Part shown: positions 27,936 to 30,211 of the stretch, piece after piece | Layout: the number at the start of each line of letters is the position of its first letter | Numbering within the stretch: position 1 is the stretch's first letter | From: Candidatus Bipolaricaulia bacterium | GTDB taxonomy: Bacteria > Bipolaricaulota > Bipolaricaulia > JBHIAT01 | Length of the DNA stretch: 30,211 bases | Direction of reading: 5' to 3' | NCBI GenBank assembly: GCA_046758705.1 | Contig: JBHIAT010000024.1 | Span: 1 to 30,211 of the forward strand | Translations under genes and position numbers: made by a program | The notes under the pieces: generated by a model | Database searches by the model: none | Told to the model about the DNA's origin: nothing | Seen by the model: the letters and a program-made list of their open reading frames with translations, nothing else

Positions 27936-28022
27936 TCGCTGGAAGTGGCTTTTCAAATTGGAGTAGCTCGTTTCTTCGAGGTGCCATCGCAATACATTCT
28001 CGGAGATAAAATTTGGTGTTAA
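27936..28022 (+). pseudogene. Possible XRE/Cro HTH regulator C-terminal remnant
   Basis: SLEVAFQIGVARFFEVPSQYIL resembles the PSLExAFxIARxFxVPxExIF tail of XRE proteins. Confidence 0.4.
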
Positions 28023-28379
28023 ATCCTTCACTTTCTCATCCAGGACGAACTCAAGCAGCTCCTAAGCTATATACTCACCGAGAATGAACCTTTTCCTCTT
28101 GGCCTGCTCGCAAAACCAGGGCGGTTCAACCGCAGCGCCATCGGCTCCCTGTGGTAAGCCTTATATGCTCAACCGGAAGTTCTCTGGTAAGGTTGCTGGA
28201 GTCGGTTGTTCGTTGGATGAGCTTTACCCTGCCGCTCGCAGTGCAATTTGCTACCCTTTACAGTGTGGTATATCATGATGACGAGTATCAGACGAAGACA
28301 ACTTCGTCTTGTGGTAGAATTAGTCGGATGATACAAATCCAAGTTTAGACAAGTGTTTGACTTTCCAACGGGGTGAACA

Positions 28380-29591
28380 ATGATTCCACGTATCCGTCAG
28401 GTCCAAATTAGAAACTACAAAAGCATTGCGCAGGCTTCAGTCACTCTTGAACCCTTTACGGCCTTTGTTGGACCCAACGGGGCTGGAAAGGGCAATTTTA
28501 TCGATGCACTTGCTTTTGTTCAGGAGTGCCTCTCAGCATCTATAGAATTCGCCTTTAAGAACCGAGGTGGAATAGGAGTGGTTCGCCGTCACTCTGCCGG
28601 CCATCCGACTCACATTGGGATTCGCCTGATCCTGGATCTCGATGAACGTCTCTCTGCAGACTACGCCTTCGAGATCGCTGCTAAACCGACAGAAAGATTT
28701 CGCATAGCTCGGGAGCGCTGTGTTTTACAACACTTTATGAAAAAAGAGCACGTCTTCGAGGTCCGTAATGGAAAATTCTCCAAAGAGATTCCAGGGATTC
28801 GACCGAAAGTCTCTCCGGATCGCCTTGCACTTTTTGTTGCTTCTGCAACAGAAGAGTTCAGATCTGTGTATGATTTTCTGACCTCTATGCGATTCTATTC
28901 CATCTTTCCAGTTCGGCTTCGAGAATTGCAGGATCCCGATCCCGGTGATTATCTCAAGCGCGACGGAAGTAATGCTGCAGCTATGCTCAAACGCATCAGG
29001 GATGATGCAGATGGTGGTGAGCAGTATACGCGTCTTTGCCGACTTCTATCAAAAGTTGTAACTGGGCTTGAAACAGTTGAGTATCAGTCCATCGGGCAGA
29101 AAGAAACACTTCAGTTCAAGCAAGATGTAGGGACGAAACACCCGTGGACCTTTGATGCCTTGAATATGTCCGATGGGACTTTGCGTGTATTAGGCCTGCT
29201 TCTGGCAGTATACCAGCCAGGACGTCATAGTGTTGTGGCTATCGAAGAGCCGGAAGCCACCGTTCATCCAGCCGTCATTGAATTGGTCGTTGAGGTGCTT
29301 ATGGACACCTCTCAAGAAAGACAGATCCTGTTAACAACCCACAGCCCAGATATTCTGGACTATAAGGAGTTGACAGATGCTCAGATTCGAGTGGTCACGA
29401 TGGAACGTAATCGGACCTTGATCTCACCTGTCTCCGAATCCAGCCGTGATGCCATTCAGGAGCATTTATATACGGCAGGAGAACTCCTCCGATCAGACGA
29501 ACTCAATCCGGATGTAGCCGTGGCTGAACAGGCGGCGCAACAGTTAAATTTGTTCGGACCACCTGTTGCGAGAGAAGTTGAAGAGACATGA
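28380..29591 (+). CDS. ABC-type ATPase (AAA_21/AAA_15, OLD/PARIS-like)
   Basis: IRNYKSI, Walker A GPNGAGKGN, signature MSDGT, Walker B IEEPE, D-loop VHP and H-loop TTHS. No TM partner. Confidence 0.9.
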   Translation: MIPRIRQVQIRNYKSIAQASVTLEPFTAFVGPNGAGKGNFIDALAFVQECLSASIEFAFKNRGGIGVVRRHSAGHPTHIGIRLILDLDERLSADYAFEIAAKPTERFRIARERCVLQHFMKKEHVFEVRNGKFSKEIPGIRPKVSPDRLALFVASATEEFRSVYDFLTSMRFYSIFPVRLRELQDPDPGDYLKRDGSNAAAMLKRIRDDADGGEQYTRLCRLLSKVVTGLETVEYQSIGQKETLQFKQDVGTKHPWTFDALNMSDGTLRVLGLLLAVYQPGRHSVVAIEEPEATVHPAVIELVVEVLMDTSQERQILLTTHSPDILDYKELTDAQIRVVTMERNRTLISPVSESSRDAIQEHLYTAGELLRSDELNPDVAVAEQAAQQLNLFGPPVAREVEET

Positions 29592-30184
29592 GTGTTGCAA
29601 TCGCTCCCATTGTCGAAGGTCAGGCGGAGGTGGAATCGGTCCCTATCTTATTGAGACGGATCATCCATGACCAGTTAGAAGCGTTCCATGTTCAGGTTGC
29701 TCGCCCGTTTCGCGTCAAGCGCAATCGCATCGTGCGAGAAGGTGAGCTGGAACGTGCTATTAAGCTAACAATTAAAGATCGGGGTAACGTGGGCTGCATC
29801 CTCGTGCTTTTGGATTCTGATGATGACTGCCCGGCCAAACTCGGCCCTTCTCTGCTAGAACGATGCAGACAAGCCACCCATTTGCCCATTGCCGTCATTC
29901 TTGCCAACAGGGAATTTGAGGGATGGTTCCTAGGCGCTAAAGAGTCTTTGAGAGGGTTCAGAGGTATCCGTGAGGACGTGACTGCCCCACTTGACCCTGA
30001 GAGTATCCGGGGGGCGAAAGGGCAACTGGCACAGAATATGCGCGGTGGGGGACGGTATCTTACGGTGGATGACCAACCAACATTTGCGGCGCGGATGGAT
30101 TTGGAACTGGCTCGTAGGCGATGTCCATCTTTCGATAAACTCTTCCGGGATGTTGAAAATCTGATCTCCGAGATTCCTGATTAA
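29588..30184 (+). CDS. DUF4276 family TOPRIM-like protein
   Basis: IVEGQAE, LLDSDDD (DxD), REFEGWFL, PESIRGAK and CPSFDKL. ATGA overlap with the ATPase. Confidence 0.85.
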   Translation: MSVAIAPIVEGQAEVESVPILLRRIIHDQLEAFHVQVARPFRVKRNRIVREGELERAIKLTIKDRGNVGCILVLLDSDDDCPAKLGPSLLERCRQATHLPIAVILANREFEGWFLGAKESLRGFRGIREDVTAPLDPESIRGAKGQLAQNMRGGGRYLTVDDQPTFAARMDLELARRRCPSFDKLFRDVENLISEIPD

Positions 30185-30211
30185 CTATCTTCTTTGACTC
30201 TGGGAGTCTTC

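Noticed and set aside
1..30211. CRISPR array, tRNA, rRNA
   Set aside because: No regularly spaced direct repeats, cloverleaf or rRNA signatures were seen.

Overview
A 30.2-kb bacterial accessory region made of a mosaic of unrelated genes. It is moderately GC-rich with AT-richer patches. The left part (1-21.9 kb) is metabolic: ackA divergent from fbaB plus a HAD phosphatase, a Tat-exported beta-propeller with DUF3179, three MFS transporters (one split by an in-frame TGA), SDR, MaoC, YbaN, a stand-alone cNMP-binding protein, an acyltransferase with an acyl-CoA ligase, an esterase-aldo/keto reductase fusion, SnoaL, a quinone oxidoreductase and an SMP-30-LysM protein. The right part (21.9-30.2 kb) resembles a defence/TA island: RHH-MazF, antitoxin-PIN, truncated DUF4160 with DUF2442, an SLT transglycosylase, a flavoprotein disulfide reductase and an ABC-ATPase + DUF4276 (TOPRIM-like) pair with PARIS-like architecture. 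Reading the intergenic DNA revealed five things the ORF track misses. (i) A repeated ACTGTAA-N6-TTACAGACAG palindrome sits at class II CRP/FNR spacing from three -10 boxes, including one symmetric bidirectional promoter. (ii) A ~100-nt rod-like structured element has no adjacent transposase and could be an orphan IS110-type non-coding end or an sRNA. (iii) An IS200/IS605 tnpB 3' remnant retains its right end and omega-RNA region. (iv) There is a GTAG-type REP. (v) Many short gene stubs lie at gene junctions (folE, LipJ-like, AbrB, IS982, tyrosine integrase, DUF4160, XRE). All family calls come from motif recognition; no database search was run.
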